From the human T2T-CHM13v2.0 reference genome, Homo sapiens, in the NCBI RefSeq assembly GCF_009914755.1, contig NC_060938.1: a DNA stretch of 64,000 nt; one strand, 5' to 3'. This document shows positions 25,943 through 41,641 of this stretch, piece by piece; position 1 is the first letter of the stretch, and the number at the start of each line of letters is the position of its first letter. Below the pieces are notes generated by a model. That model did no database searches, was not told the origin of the DNA, and saw nothing but the letters and a program-made list of their open reading frames with translations. The position numbers were made by a program, and so were the translations under genes.

Positions 25943-28759
25943 CTTACAATTCACTTTTAAAGCAAAAAATCTTTACTATTTTTAAAATGTATAGAATTAA
26001 GTCCATGAGTGAGTATAAAGTTTGAAAAACTTAGGAAAAACTTTTGGATGTTTGTGACAATGTAATCATTCATTCCACATAATATACTTTAGGTCATTAC
26101 ATAGAGCACAGTTAAAATAAATGAAATAATATTGAGAAAAAGACTATAATCAGGATTAAACTGAAATGTAACATATTTAAGAATCCTTAGAAACTATTTG
26201 ATGTAATTTAAAAAAATATTTTGAAAGTTATTGTGTTTTCCAAATTCAGAACATGGATTAATTCTACAGGCTCATGTAATAATAAAAATCATGGAATAGA
26301 GAATTATTATTCTCCACATTATCCTAAAGTAGCCACAAAACTGAAAATCAAATCAAGCATCCAAAATGTGTTCATGCACCAAAGATGATTTTTGATACAA
26401 GTATCATTTTCAATGTCAAAACGCATGCTCTTAAAACATTCATTGGATAGTTATAACAAATGATCTTTTTATCTTAGGAACAGTTTCTCTTTTGAGTATT
26501 CTCTTTTATTTTCTTAGTTGTCACTTGCAGCATTAACTAGCATTTTCCACCAGTTGGACTTAAACAATAATGTTTTTGTTTACGCTGTGTTCTAGGAGAG
26601 ATTTTTAGCATAAATGAATTACAAAGCCTGCGAATTTGGGACATGGTTTTTCCTTTATTCATGAAAGCGGAGGTATTATACCAGTAAAATATGCTTTCAG
26701 GATTGCTGAGGATATCACATTCTTTTAATAGACAACAGTAATTTTCTCCAACTACATTATGTCTCTGTGTCAGTCTAATAATTACATGCTATCAGTTTTG
26801 TGTCATTTCCTCTGGGATTCCCTGTCTGCCATGCACCACTTTTAACTGTTTCACTTTATTCAACATACTCTCTAATTGCCATATCAAAGGTTTACTTGAA
26901 CTCATTTTTGTGTATAATGCGTTTGACCATAAAATCATGCATTTGCAGTTGAGTATGCATTTCCATTAAACTTATAGCTTTAAATTTCACTTAGGAGGAA
27001 AGCCTTATATTTTAATGCAGGTTTTGAATGCAGATTTACTACAAAATAAGTGAATAATAATGCCAGGTTATTTTGGAAAGTGTTCTTTTATGCAATCACT
27101 GCATTCAATACAATCACAAAATGGCTGCCCAACAGGTGGTCCTTTCAGAGTGTTAAGCCACAACAATCGGAACAAAAAGGACACCAGAATCTAATGTTCT
27201 CAGAATTTAAAAAGCTGTTCACTTTCTTTTGTTAATTTTCAGATTTAGCCATGTTCATTATTGTTGAGCCCAAATGCAGGACATTCTTTTTTGACATTTT
27301 GCCCTAAATAGACACTGACCGAGGCTGACTCTCCAACTAGCTGTTTTGTCACAGGCGAGTGGAAACTAGTCATGAACAATGAGTGTGCATTCTTGCTTCT
27401 TAAATGGCTAAGGAACGAACCAGTTTTGACATGCTGCAAATCCGGCGAAGTCTGGGTTAACAAAAGTGTGTTTGACAAAAGATGAAGTTTCTTTTCCTAT
27501 ATTTTCCCCAGAAGTAAGTATTTAATTATGTCCTAACACATTTTCTTATTTTTTGCCTAGAGGATTAGATGCCTTAGTGACAAGCTCATTCACTCTCTGA
27601 GGTTATCATGTGGCATTATGAACCATACCATTCAAATGCCACCTTTGGAAGAAACTATTCTTTAAGCAATAATTATTCGTTTAAGGGGAAAAGGTTTAAA
27701 AAATATATAACTTTTTGTAGTGTTACCATTATATTACAGTACTAGCATTTTATAAGCTAACGTTGTTTATGGAGCTATCAGAAAATTGATAAATGTAGCA
27801 ATGTATTTTTCTAAGCAAAGATCAGGCTACATTAAATATAAGAGGAAAAACATTTCAAAGACCTTGAATTTATAAATAGATGAATAAAAGAAGGAAACAA
27901 AGAAAGTAACCTTTATGCAGTACTTAAATGTGGGACTTAAAGTATACTTTAGAGTTAGTTGTTAAATGCCCTATCCATCATTGTAAAATCTGTCACCTTT
28001 TAAATTGAGGTTTTAAAAATATCAGTATGTACAGCATGGCATCATTTATATTTCTGTAAGTTAAATAGTCCTTTGCTTATGGAAAGAGTCTATTAATTGG
28101 TCTTTGTGAGAAGGGTGTAAATACAGATTTTATGATAAGAATACTTTGAAGTAATGTATATAAAATAAATTCCTGTTCATCTGCAATAAATAAGTAGGAA
28201 AGTTAAAATAACTGAAGTGGTTTTGTCTGGGTGGCGTCATAGAAAGAGGGAAGCAATACAAATTTACATTTAAGGGTTTCATTAACAATGCAATTTAGGG
28301 AATGGCATGGGCTGCTCTAAATTCAGCTGTCACCTCTACCTTCTGCATCAGAAATACTGTTCAAAGAATACTGATGTTCAGAATGGTGAATCTGAGGCAT
28401 TTGGAATTCTGACTTCACAATAATCAAAAGTAAAATTGCATTATATGTGGCAGATTTTTTAAAAACCTTTTTACGTGACTGTGTCTTAAGCCTTGATATT
28501 CAGTAATGTGTGTTTTATAAGTGGAACTTTCAGTTTCCAAGACATAGAGTCTTTAAAAAACAGTTTATTGTGATGCTCATAGCTTGTATTAGACTGGCCC
28601 AGGCAACTTTCATTCTTCAAGGATTTTAAACCCTTTTTGTTTAGAGAGTTTCAGCCTAATCACCTAAAATTCTATCTGATTTTTAAAGTAAATCTAAGTT
28701 TCTTCATGTAAATTTGGATTGGCCTCAAAGAAACTCTAGTAAGAAAGAGACCAGGAGGG

Positions 28760-28925
28760 TAATGGCCAGGTCAGGAAATAGCGTACACCATGCTATTCAC
28801 TTCCACGCACATTCCATTGGCCAGAACTCAGTTACATGGTTCCTCTCAAACTGCAAGGGCATCTGGGAAGTGTAGTCTTCTCTTGCGCCTAGAGGAAAAA
28901 AGATAGTACTGGTGAGACCCTAACA
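28760..28925 (-). mobile_element. MLT1-type LTR fragment
   Basis: cacattccattggccagaactcagttacatgg...ctgcaagggcatctgggaagtgtagtc. Confidence 0.6.
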
Positions 28926-31248
28926 GATCCAACCACAGTGAGGTCAAATATTAGAGGTCATTTGCTTTTCCTCTCACTTAGGCATACCCACTTCCAAGAT
29001 GGACTTACTTGGGCACACATCTTAAGTGTCTTTGTGACACCTCTGGTCTGTGTCATAGGCTGAGTTGATCATTAGCACTTGGGGGAAAAAAATTAAAATA
29101 ATTTTCCAGTGCTTCCAAAGCATTTTAACTGATCAGGATTTTAGGGAAACAGTTTTAATTAGCTTCTGGTGGCATAAAGAAAACAATGTATCTCTATTTG
29201 TCTATTAAGCAATGGCACTTAAATTTGTTTAGATCTATGCAAGTGTCAAATCTAAACACAGAACAAAACATAATTTTGTGTAGCAAATTATAATCACAAT
29301 CTATTCCTTAAAAAAGAACAAAAACAGAATCAATGCTATCAGTGTGCTATTTGAGTAGATGATGGCTCTCTCTGGGTTCTCAAATGTGTATCTATCTATT
29401 TACTTATTTTTAGCAGATGATTTTTTTTAATCCTCTGATTCAAAAGCGTGAGGAGAGATATACAAGTCTTCAATGTAAATGTTAACATCTAGTAGCATTG
29501 GAGATGACTGTCTTTCTATTATGCTTTCTATTATGCTCTTGGAGAGTTTGCATTATGTTGTAAAACTGGAAAATGGTGCCATAATTAATTTGGGTAGCTA
29601 GTCCAGCCACATAGACAGAAGCGATTCACCTGCACTTATGAAACTGATTGGTAGAGAGTATCTATTTTGCTGCTGAGACCAAATAAATTTTTCATGATAT
29701 TGTTATGCTAAGTTGAACATCACACCTTTTATATTTTCCCCATTTGGCCTTGAATAAACATCAGTACAATAATAATCTAAATGGTTTGCAAGTGTCATGA
29801 GCAGTTGCCCATCTGCTTTGGACAGATTTATACAAATCAATTACATGGACATAAAAGCCAAACAAATAGAGGCAAATCAACAGAAATGAAATGGATGAAC
29901 TCTTAAGTTTTGTTCATCCTATGTAACCCCTTCAGTAACCAAAGATGGATAAATTACACTCATTAACCTTGAAAAATTAGATGATTTGTACATAATATGT
30001 TTGAAACAATACCTATCTATTCCTAGTTATGATGAGTGTTTTGTCCATGATATAGTACAGTTTAATTGAAGATCTACACAAGGGATTGTTTTGATATGGT
30101 TTGTTTCTTCCTAGAGAGATTATTCCATGAAATTAGCTTGTATTTGTTTTCCACTCTGTAACCCACCTGAAAACTCCGGTTGCTCAGTTACGCTTAGGTA
30201 AAAGTGAACATTGACTGTCAGGAAGGAAGTGTGTACATATTTAGTTTTAAGATGATTTCTTAGAACGAACTGAACCTGTGGACAGGGGCTTACCCTGAGA
30301 GAGACCAAAGGAAACACTGTTTAAAATTTCCACTGGGCGTTTGTCAAGAAAGTCTTATCAAATTATGTATTATTGCCATGAAAAATTTATCAGTGAAGAG
30401 AATGTGCATGTTGTGAAAAAGGTAAGCAAAATCAGAAGCATGTAGCTTTTTAGGGAATGTTCTTATTCCATAAAAGTATGACTTAATGAGATTACTGTTT
30501 TAACCATGAGACTGTTAGGGAGATCATTGCTGGGAAGCCCTGAGGGAGGAATTTCCAGTCCTGGTTCTCTGTTTCTGTTAAGTGGAGATACTTTAGTATC
30601 TATGTGTTGGTTGTCTCCTTCCTTGCTAAGGAAGCCTCTGGTTTACAGGATCTGGGCTGAAAATCCCAGTGGCCATCCTCTCAGAGTTGCTTTGGAGAAA
30701 ACAAAATAGAAAAGAATTGCTTTGGAGGAAGCCATTTTTCTGCTACCCGTTCTCCAAACTGAGATGATGCATGGAGAAACAGTCTTGTATTACAGAAAGA
30801 GAATAAGAATATTATGTTGGCATATGAAGAATGATTTTAATCCTTGACTGGTTAAACTGAAATAGACTGCGTACATTGATAGCCATATCTAGGATACCTC
30901 ATCAGATGTCACCAGCTTGGACAAAAGATTCTTTGAGTCCCCCTTTTGTGCTGTAAATCTACTGTAGAAAATAACCACAGAAAAGTTATTTTCTTTTCAT
31001 TGCTATCTTTTCATCTCTATCTTTTGTCCTTATTTTTCTGTGTTTCATGCTCATTTTTCTTGAGTACTTCCTCTGTGGTAGGCCCTCTGCTAAGAGCTTT
31101 GGTTTTTCATAGTCTTCCTGGCCTTCTTCCTCTAACACTTTCTTCTGAAGTGAGATGTAATGTAAATCTAGCATATTCCAAGCCTTAAATTTTTAGTTTG
31201 TTCTGACAATATGTCTGGGCAATTTTTCTAATTTTCATTTGCCGTATT

Positions 31249-31280
31249 TGTGTGTGTGTGTATGTGTGTGCGTGTGTGTG
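31249..31280. repeat. Imperfect (TG)n
   Basis: Direct reading. Confidence 0.9.
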
Positions 31281-33599
31281 TTTTACCAGCACCTGCACAC
31301 ATCTTGATTTCTTAATCACTCAGGGTTGTTGCTTACCATTGTTATGTTTTCAAAGCTCTTCATGCATCAGGATTAATCCAGAGGACTTAAGCTTGGCACT
31401 GGGGGAGTTAAAACACTTGAAGAGTAGTGTAAATTCTTAATTAATACAGAAAGAAGAATCACTTATAATTTATTAAAAATATCCAATGCTGATCCAAATA
31501 ATATTTTGGAGTAAATGGGTATGTAGTGAACAGTCTTCCATGGTTCCTCATTCACTGATTCTTCCTGCTGGTGTGAGGGCTGTTCAAAATAGCACTTCAC
31601 TTTTTGGTTTATTTATTAAGATCCTGCACTCAACTATAAAAAATTAGCCTCCTAGAGGTGAATCACTTCCTACACTGCAAAGGAGAAATCTGCTCCTATA
31701 TAGCAAAGAAGAAAACCCTGCATACATTCCTGAAACAGACAATAAAGAAAAGATCAAATACGTTTATTGCACAGCCCATTCCAAGTGTGAAATGGAGCAG
31801 ATGAATGTTTAAGTAATGTGGACTGAGTGTCTGAAAGAGTGATCTTGTTACTACCCATTAGACAAGGGTAATGTCCAAGATGGGGCATGATGGGTTTTTT
31901 GGTGAACTTTTAAACTCAAAGCTCTTTAATAATTGAAAAATGGAATAGCTTGAAGAAACGTGTCTTCCCTTATGTGGAATATTATGAAAGCTAATAGCAT
32001 AACTGCACTGGAAGGGACACTGAGGGAGCTTGAGTCAAGCCCTGCGTCAGGTATGCTAAAATTGCCCTGCTGTGAGTCAAAGTCTCTACTTTAATTATCT
32101 GCAAAATGCTCTGGCAGAGGGAATGTTTCTCTCCCCTCCTTCTGTTCTCATCTGGTGTACTGGCTGCTGGCTAGTTTATTAAATCAACATTTTCAAAGAC
32201 TTCCCCCTTCCATCTCTAGGTAGCTAATGCCAGTTAGATTTTAAGTCTCTCAGCAAAAATTTATTCTTCAATAAACACTGCCTCTGGGACAAAGTTGTAC
32301 ACAAGCCTTAGTGGCCAGGAAGGAGCTAAGAGTATTGGTATGTTTTTGTCTTGCCTCTCTCTTCCTTCTCTTCCACCTTTTTCTTTGGTACCTTGCTAAT
32401 AATAAGTAGAGAGGCATAAACATCCCGTCATACTTGGAAGACAAAAGCTCACACACAGCACATAGCATATCCCATGGGAAGGGCATATATTACCTTCATC
32501 ACCACATTGCGCAACTAAGCAATTTTTTTGCCTGTTCAGATACAACTAGTGAAAAACATGTCAAATAAGCAGTAGTTTGGGGACTGACACCTAATCCCTA
32601 CTTCTCATAACACCTCAACAATTATATAAGAAACATCGATTGTACACTCTATGTACACAACACTCTGTGGTATGTTGGATATGCAGCCTCTGTCCTCTTT
32701 ACTTAAATAGATTTACTTGCTTCCTGCCTAGCTGGCCTTGTTGAGGCTGATAACCCTGGGCCAGCGCCTTCCCCACCACACTCTCCCCATCTCAGCTCAG
32801 CAGTTCAGTGCTCCATTCCCTGGAGTTTTTGGTAGGGGAGTACCCAAAATGAATGAAGTGAGTGGGGTAAAGACTCAACCACACATATTAATTCAAGATC
32901 CCTACTGGGCAGGAGGGAGGCTGCTTTAAAGGAGACAGTTCCCATGCTCTTCACATCTCAATATACGGGTGACCATTGTCTGCCCAACTAACCCTGGATT
33001 AGCCTGTGTCTTAGACAGGGCATGCAGTCAGGGTGATGGTATCTCCCTCCAAAGAGTTTGGGGGCATAAACCTGAGTGAAGGTTTCTTTTGGGGACGGGA
33101 TACCTTCTGTTCCCTGTAGCAAGGAGTGTTATCCTGCCAGGCAGCCATATCTACTAAAGGCAGCTGGCTTTCAGAGGATATGATGCTGATCAAGCCTCAC
33201 GCGCAAATGTCAAATACCAGGGCATGTGAGAGGGGTTGTGTAAAGTAAGTTAGTAAGTAGGCTTCTTTTCTGTAGCAGTTCATCTTTAATATTAGTACCT
33301 CTGCAAGAAGACCATCTCTTGAATTCTGCAGTTCAATGGCAATTCTGTTACGGTTGTACTTGTAATGTGCTGAAAAATTCAAAGTTGATCATCTCTATAT
33401 CTCTTCATTCAAGAAGCCAGTTGCCTTTTTGCTCTTTTCAAGAGGGTAATTCCTCATGCTTTTATTTTGCCGATTAATTTTCCCCTTTGGCCTATACATT
33501 TTCCCCTTTATTCTGTTTTTACTCAAGGTTATCTCAGCCTTTCTCCTACTCATCTGCTGCCTAACTTAGCTGTTCTGTATATGTATCTGCCATTTGTTA

Positions 33600-33790
33600 C
33601 AGAGGCAAGAACTCGGGCTTTGGAGAGGATGAGGGCAGGCTACCCAGCCCTGTCTCTTACAGAGGACTTCTCACCTTTCTGAGTCTCAAATTCCTGTCTG
33701 CAAATAGAGATAATAATACAGTAAGCTCTTTGCTTATTGTAAGGATTAAATGAGATAATGCATGAGAAGTCCTCATACACTACTCAAAAT
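33600..33790 (+). mobile_element. MIR
   Basis: tctgagtctcaaattcctgtctgcaaatag...gtaaggattaaatgagataatgcatg. Confidence 0.75.
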
Positions 33791-34799
33791 TGTTAGTTCC
33801 TGCCAGTTCTTTCTTCCTTCTTCTCCATTTTTGCCTCTTATCTATTAGTAAAAATTCACCGAATTGAATAAAATTGCAGATGTTTGCTATACAGATAATT
33901 ACCTTAAAAACTATATTTAAACAGGCCATAATAAGTTATTTAAAAATGGGTTTGTGGCTTCTTCAATGCCCTTTTCTGAAATTTTTGCTTTGAGGCCTAG
34001 AGGTTAAGACCCTCTTTACAAAAATAACTTATTAACCAAATGTAATGTACCCGAGCATAGTGATCCATTCTGCACACTGTAGCCAGAAGCCAGAGTGATT
34101 TTTCTAATGTGCCACTCTGATCGGGCCATCCACCTGCTCTTCCCACCGGCTCCTTAAGCCAGTGATTCAGTGATTTGCAAGGCTTTTCAGATCTGGACCG
34201 TTCTTCACTCTCAAGGGTCCCTCTCACACTCTTCCCACCCCATCGTATGACACAGTGCTTCATGCATGACGGCTAAACAATGACAATAAGTTCAATGAAT
34301 AAATGAAGACAAGGTGGTTACATTTTCTATAGCTTTGACTGAATGACAGAGTTCAACAGATGGCCTTTCTGCTGCAGAAAAAAGTTTATTAATTTTAAAT
34401 ATAATAATTACCTGTGTTTGGCTGGTATGAAAGAAGAGACATAATTGGGCCATTCAATCAAAATGTTTTAGATTTTTTTAAGGCAACTGTTATTTCCCCC
34501 CATAGGAACTCTCTCTTTTGTCAACTATGTGTATGGTATGTTTTTTGGAAGACATACTTCTTTACTGCAGTTCATGGCACATGGCTAGCTTTGAATGGGA
34601 ATCAATTATATTAACCTATGTGTCTACGTATTAGATGTGTACCAATATTAAGAGTGGAAAGATAGAAACACCTATGTTTTCCCATGTGTTTTCATAAAAA
34701 AACTTCCAACTCCAACACAGTGGGAAAAAATATGCTGAAAAATAAAATTATTTAACCACAAATTAAATCTTGCCTTTCTGCTGGAACTGGTTACTTGGA

Positions 34800-35870
34800 G
34801 ATGATTTTCCAGAAGAGGGAGACAGACAATACACATGATATTTAAGCAAATTATGTAGTTTGTTGGAAGAAGCTGAGTGTTACAAGGAAAAAAATATATA
34901 GAGCAGGTGAGAGGAGTCTGGAGTTGGGGTGAAGGGGAGGTGGGATGTGCCTGGATCAGGGTAGAAACCATTGTAAGGCTGCCAGATGGAGAAAAAAAGT
35001 CAAAAACAACAATAGGACACCCAGTTAAATGTGAATTTCAGATATACAGCCAATACTTTATATGTGTGTCCCATGCTAAATTTGGGGGATTTGGGGCATG
35101 TGCTAAGATGCTATTCATTGCTTATCTGAAATTCACATTTAATGGGTGCCCAGTATTTTGTCTGGCAATCCTATCCCATTGAAAGTAAGATTTCAGCTAA
35201 GATATGAGGGGATATGGAACAGTAACCCAGGAGAGCCCATCCAGGCAGTGAGAAGGCCAGTGTGGTGAGGCTCAGGAGTCAAAGGGGGCTTGTCAGACGA
35301 GGAAGGGGGGTGGTGCAGGCCAGGCAGATCATGTAGGGCCCTGTAGGCCTTTGGAAGGACTTTGTTTTTTACTCTTGAGTGAACTGAGAATCCATTGTAG
35401 GGTTTTCAGCAAAGAAGTGACGTGAACTGACTTCCGATTGTGAAGGATCATTCTGGCTGTTGTGTGAAAAATAGAGAGCCGAATGGCAAGGTCAGCAGGG
35501 GGACCACAAGGGGCTTTTGCAGTGATCCAAGGGATTAGTATGATGGCGGCTCAAGCTGGCATGGTAGCAGTGAAGCGATGAGAGAGGGTTAGATTTTGAA
35601 TATATATTGAATGTAGAGACCACGGCATTTTCTGACAAAATGTATGATAGGAGTTAAAGACGGCCTCAAGGTTTTTTGACCCAAGGCCCTGGAAAGAAGG
35701 GAGTTGCCATGCACTGAGATGGGAAAGACGTGACTGGAGCAGGTCAGAGGAAAAGATCAGGAGTTCAGTCTTCAAAGTGGAGAGCTGACATGACTCCAGA
35801 CATCCAAGGGGGAGATTTTGAGTGGGCCACTGGATACTGGAGTCCGGTCCAAGCAGGAGATGTAAATTTT
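34800..35870 (-). mobile_element. L2 fragment, interrupted by MER53
   Basis: ggactttgttttttactcttgagtgaa...ggatcattctggctgttgtgtgaaaaataga. Confidence 0.75.
34974..35173. mobile_element. MER53 hAT MITE
   Basis: TIRs taaggctgccaga / tctggcaatccta; 8-bp TSD aaccattg / tcccattg. Confidence 0.8.
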
Positions 35871-36559
35871 ATGTTCTCTATAATCTCCACTTAAATCAGC
35901 GTTCCCAAAGGGAAAAGACATGTCACAATTCTCTTAAGGAAATGTTTGCTCCTCCCTTCTAGCTTTAGTTAAAAAATTATCTCTTTCTTTGAAGCTGCTG
36001 CTTTGTTTAGCTTCCTGTCAACCATCCATCACTGTTGAAAGATAGGGGCTGTTTGATGCTTCATGACATTTCTTTGCTTTTCTGCTCCTTGAAACCCAGG
36101 AAAGTGGGAGAGTTGTTTTTCCTATGCTAGACTCCTTCTAGTGAGATTTTTCTCAAATTTTCCTTTTCCAGCCCAATTTTAGGTACTCTTGTTCTTTTTT
36201 ACTTTGACTTTTGGCTCTTTCTGAATATTTTCAGAACTTTTAAAGTAGGATTTAAAGTCACACAAGGGTCCAGGCTGAGACTTGCTGAATTCTGAGTTAA
36301 TATGATATATATATCCAATAGGGAAAAGGGATAGGACCATTTGGAAAAAGAACATTTGAACCTAAAAAATCTAAGGTCCCTAAATTTCAGGGACCTAATA
36401 GCTGGGGCGAGATTGGAGAAGATAAAATCTGAAAGAAGATTTTATATCTGAATTTATTCAGAAGTGAGATTCTGATTATTTTTAGTTTTTAAAATAGCCT
36501 TGCATAGCATCAAATAATTTTAAATTACACAAGATCTTGCCAAATTGCTCCAAAAACAT

Positions 36560-36790
36560 TGGATTAGGAATAAAGTAATTCAGTTTTAATCCTGATCTTT
36601 TAACTACTTAGCCATGAAACTTGGGTAATCTTTTAACTCTTGACATGTCCCAGTTCTCACATCTAAAAGATGAGGAATCAGCACTGTTATATACTCCTTC
36701 CCGGAGTAAGAATGAGATGTAACTCAGATTACTGTATGAGAAAGCACTCTGAAAACATAAAATATGCTACAAATTCAGTGGATTATTGCT
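36560..36790 (+). mobile_element. MIR
   Basis: cagttctcacatctaaaagatgagg...tgagaaagcactctgaaa. Confidence 0.6.
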
Positions 36791-37339
36791 GTATTGTCAG
36801 CAGTATCATTTTATCCAAGAAGAATTTCTTCTACTCTAATAATTAACATAAAACATAAAATTCAACTCATTGGCAAAATATAAAACAGTCAGAAACATAC
36901 TTTTATTTCTTGAGGGAGAAGAGTATTCTTTCGGTAACGGTGTTTCCTTGATGAAATGAGTAAGAGTTTAACTATTGAGTGATGCCTAATTTCTGTTATA
37001 TTTCCTATTTGAAGTTTCAGATTTGTAATTATTGCTGAGCGCAAGAAAACATCAGGAAGATTTGTGGTTTATGGAAGAATAGGAACCTTCCAACGTTAAT
37101 CTTATCTCCCTATTGCAGGTAACTAGTATCTTCAGCTGGAAATATCAAATGCAAATCTCTTAATTTGTTTAACACAGAGATTTTAATTTCCCATTCATAT
37201 CAGTGTCTGTATACTCCTGAGTTTTACACAATGCTTGTCCTCCTTTAGTTGGCTTGTACAGTATTGTTTTTTCCAGTTATAAATAGAGAACATTGGGCAT
37301 GTGGGTTATCATTTTTAATTGAGCTAAATTAAGCTAATC

Positions 37340-37671
37340 ATAAAAATTCTTCTTGCCAGTGATTAGTTTAGGAAGAAACATGTGATACAATTCTGGCCAA
37401 TGAGACATAAGAGGTCTATTTCTTCTGTTGTCCTATATTGTTTTATCTGGATATGGTACCCGGAAGTGTGGCAGCCATCTTGCCACCATGAAATGGCCTA
37501 GAGGCTTCAGATCAGAAACATGAGAACTTAGGTCCTCAGGGACAATGTTACAGAGCTTGTGAATTAACCAACTTGGACTTCTCTTTACATATAGTAATAA
37601 GTCCTCCCCTAGTTTAAGCCAGTTGAATAGAAGTTTTCTGTAATTTGCACACAAAAGCTGCATAATGAATA
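37340..37671 (+). mobile_element. MLT1 LTR fragment
   Basis: catgtgatacaattctggccaatgaga...ggcagccatcttgccaccatga...gtttaagcca. Confidence 0.7.
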
Positions 37672-38023
37672 CAGGTTAAACATCACAAATCCCAAAATCA
37701 GAAATCTGAAATGTTCCAAAGTCTGAAATTGACCGTCAACATGGCACCTTAAGTAGAAAATTCCACGTCTGACCTCATGTGAGGAATCTCAGTCAAAATG
37801 CAAACTTCATTTTGTGTACAAAGTTATTTAAAATATTGTACAAAATTACCTTCAGGCTATGTGTATAAGGGGTATATGAAACAGAAATGAATTTCATGTT
37901 TAGACTTGGGTCCCATCCCCAAGATATCTTACTATGTATATGCAGATATTCCAAAATCTGAAAAATTCTGAAATAGAAAAGTCTTCTGGTTCCAAGCATT
38001 TCAGATACGGGATACTCAAACTG
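37672..38023. mobile_element. Tigger4b (MER46B)-like
   Basis: TIRs caggttaaacatc / gatactcaaactg with TA flanks; tttagacttgggtcccatccccaagatatc. Confidence 0.85.
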
Positions 38024-39704
38024 TACACAAACCCTAATAATGTTTACCTCTCCTGCTTATTTTCATTCATGTCTCCTCTTGATCATGTTAATTATGCTTC
38101 TTGGGTGTTTCCGGAACCCCCTAATTTTCTTGAAAAGAAGCAACTGGGGTTGTTGTCAGTGCTATGGGGAAGAACACACACTAATTAAAGCTTAGGAGGG
38201 CAGAAATTCCATCAGTGTATTCCCAGCCCCAGCACAGTCCTTGTTATTCAATATATGTTGAATGAATAAATAGACTTTCTATAATTCCTTTTTTTAATCA
38301 CAATAACGCATTGGTTTGATAGTCTCAGCCAAGAGACGAAAGTTAACAGAATGAATGCTCTTTTAATTCCCTTGTTTTGGATTTTACCTTAGACAGGTAA
38401 ATAAAGGTCAGAGGCCATGACCTTTCAAGCATCAGTCATATTTTTTCTCTAGATTTGTTAATTGGCATGAGAGTTCATCTACCCCTTGTCTTTCTATTGA
38501 GACAGAAAAATGAGATCAGGATTCTGAGAGCAGGAGAAAAAAAAAAGGCAGTGAATAGCTGCTATTTAATAGGCTGCCACATGAAGGCTGGAGTCCTTTA
38601 GCAATGCAGTGAATTTCAAAGCATAATTCCCAGGCTATTAAAGCCTAGATGTTTAAATTAACTGAGATGATATAGGAAAGAAACAGAATTGCCATAGTTA
38701 AAAATCGAATATACACTTTATGGTTGGTTATACTTTCCTATCTACTGCTAGATATTTGTATGGTTTTATCAGTAATACATAAATAACTTGTTAATTTTCA
38801 TCCCTCTTTTAAAATTACTTTCTAGTAAATCTTTTAGCTAGCTTGTTTTCCATAGTTGGAAGCTATATGCTGGGATAGTTACTCACTCCAGAGGCTACCA
38901 CATACAGGTCAGGATCCTGTACAAGAAATACAAGAAGTAGAAACAACTTGGGTATCTCTTATTTGGGAAATGAATAAATAAACTCTGGTTTATTCATACA
39001 TTTGAGATATTTAAATAGCAATTAAAATTGGTAAAGTAGAGCTACATCAATCAGTATGGTTAAAACCCAAAACCAATGTTTAGTGAAATGTAGCAAGTTT
39101 CAAATATGTAATTAACAGAATGTGTTAAAAACAAAACAATACTAAAAATGCCTGAGAATGATGCATATGAACTTCAGGATTGTGATTCTCACTGGCGAGA
39201 GAGAGAAAGAGAGAGAGAGAGAGAAAGGGATAGATTTTATCTATGTCTGCACTTGGCCTGGTTCTTTAAAAATAAAAACTTGAAGCAAATATTAACATTT
39301 ATTAAGTCTAGGTGGCAGGACACAGTTGTTTGATATATGATTTTGTGTACTTTTCTGTATGTTTGAAAAGTTTATAGTTTTTTAATGGACCCCTAATTTC
39401 ACAATTCTAGAATGGCAAAAAAAATTCTATTAACTTGATAATCTAAAATTATATAAATATTTCAAACTTTTAATTTTAAGATAACTTGGAAGAAAATTCT
39501 ATTTCTTAGTGATTTAAAGCAGTGTAAGACAAAGACCATCCTACAAAGGCCATTTAAAGACAAGAAAATAGTACTTGCAATAAATTGGATTTCTCAGACA
39601 GTGCTGTGGTTACCAAAAACTGCAAGTCACAAGAATAAGAACATTTGAAGCATTTTGTCATGTAAGGATGGGTTATTTTTGAAAGTGTCCCTACTTAAAA
39701 GGAC

Positions 39705-40423
<719 letters not shown>

Positions 40424-40682
40424 TAATAAGGAACTGGGACCCAAAAGAAACATATCTGAGACATGGAATAATTATTTACAAGGTGGATATCCTCTAGGTT
40501 CATTCATGGCACATATTGAGCAGTTACTTACATTCAACCAACGTTGCCCATTTTTACCTTCAACACTAAGAAAATATAAAATAAAAATTGTGCTTACTGT
40601 GTTTAAATTCTTACTAAAATTTCTAGTAAAGTTTATTTTTTAAACTATTTCCTTATAATTCAGTAAATTATTCATAAAATGA

Positions 40683-40990
<308 letters not shown>

Positions 40991-41448
40991 TTAAAATGTA
41001 TATTTTTTAAAGTTTTAAGATTCATTGGAACTAGATGGTAAATGGTGATGACTATTTTTCCTGGCATGAGAGTTAAGATATAATTTTTAAATCTGAAGAT
41101 TTTAGTAAAGTCCAAATGCCTAACATTAAATTTTTAAAAGAGTATCAAATTTTTTAAAAAAATCTATCATATATTTAGGCAACATAAAATCACTTTCAAA
41201 GGATTATTTTTTAAAAGTAGCTCCAAAAAAATTTGAATACATGTGAGATTTCTTTCCCCCCTCCCCCTGACACTTCCTTCAGGAAACCTTGGCCACAAAG
41301 AATGTATAAAAGTGTTAGAAAATGTGGGGATTGTGAAATGTTCACATGCTTCTGCTTTTTAAAAAAGTAAACATGCAAGGCTGGCAAACTGCTTTCCCTG
41401 TGTAAAAAGTAGGGACAGTGATTCAGTGCTCAGAAGAAATGAGCTATC

Positions 41449-41641
41449 AGGCTGGGTGCAATGGCTCATGCCTGTAACCCCAGCAGTTTGGGAGGCTGAG
41501 GCTGGTGGATCACCTGAGGTTGGGAGTTTGAGACCAGCCTGGCTAACATGGTGAAACCTCATCGCTACTAAAAATACAGAAATTAGCCTGGATGACAGAA
41601 TGAGACCCCATCTCTAAAAAAAAAAAAAAAAAAAAAAAAAA
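41449..41641 (+). mobile_element. AluS with most of the right arm deleted
   Basis: Left arm intact, then attagcctgg|atgacagaatgagac and poly(A). Confidence 0.9.
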
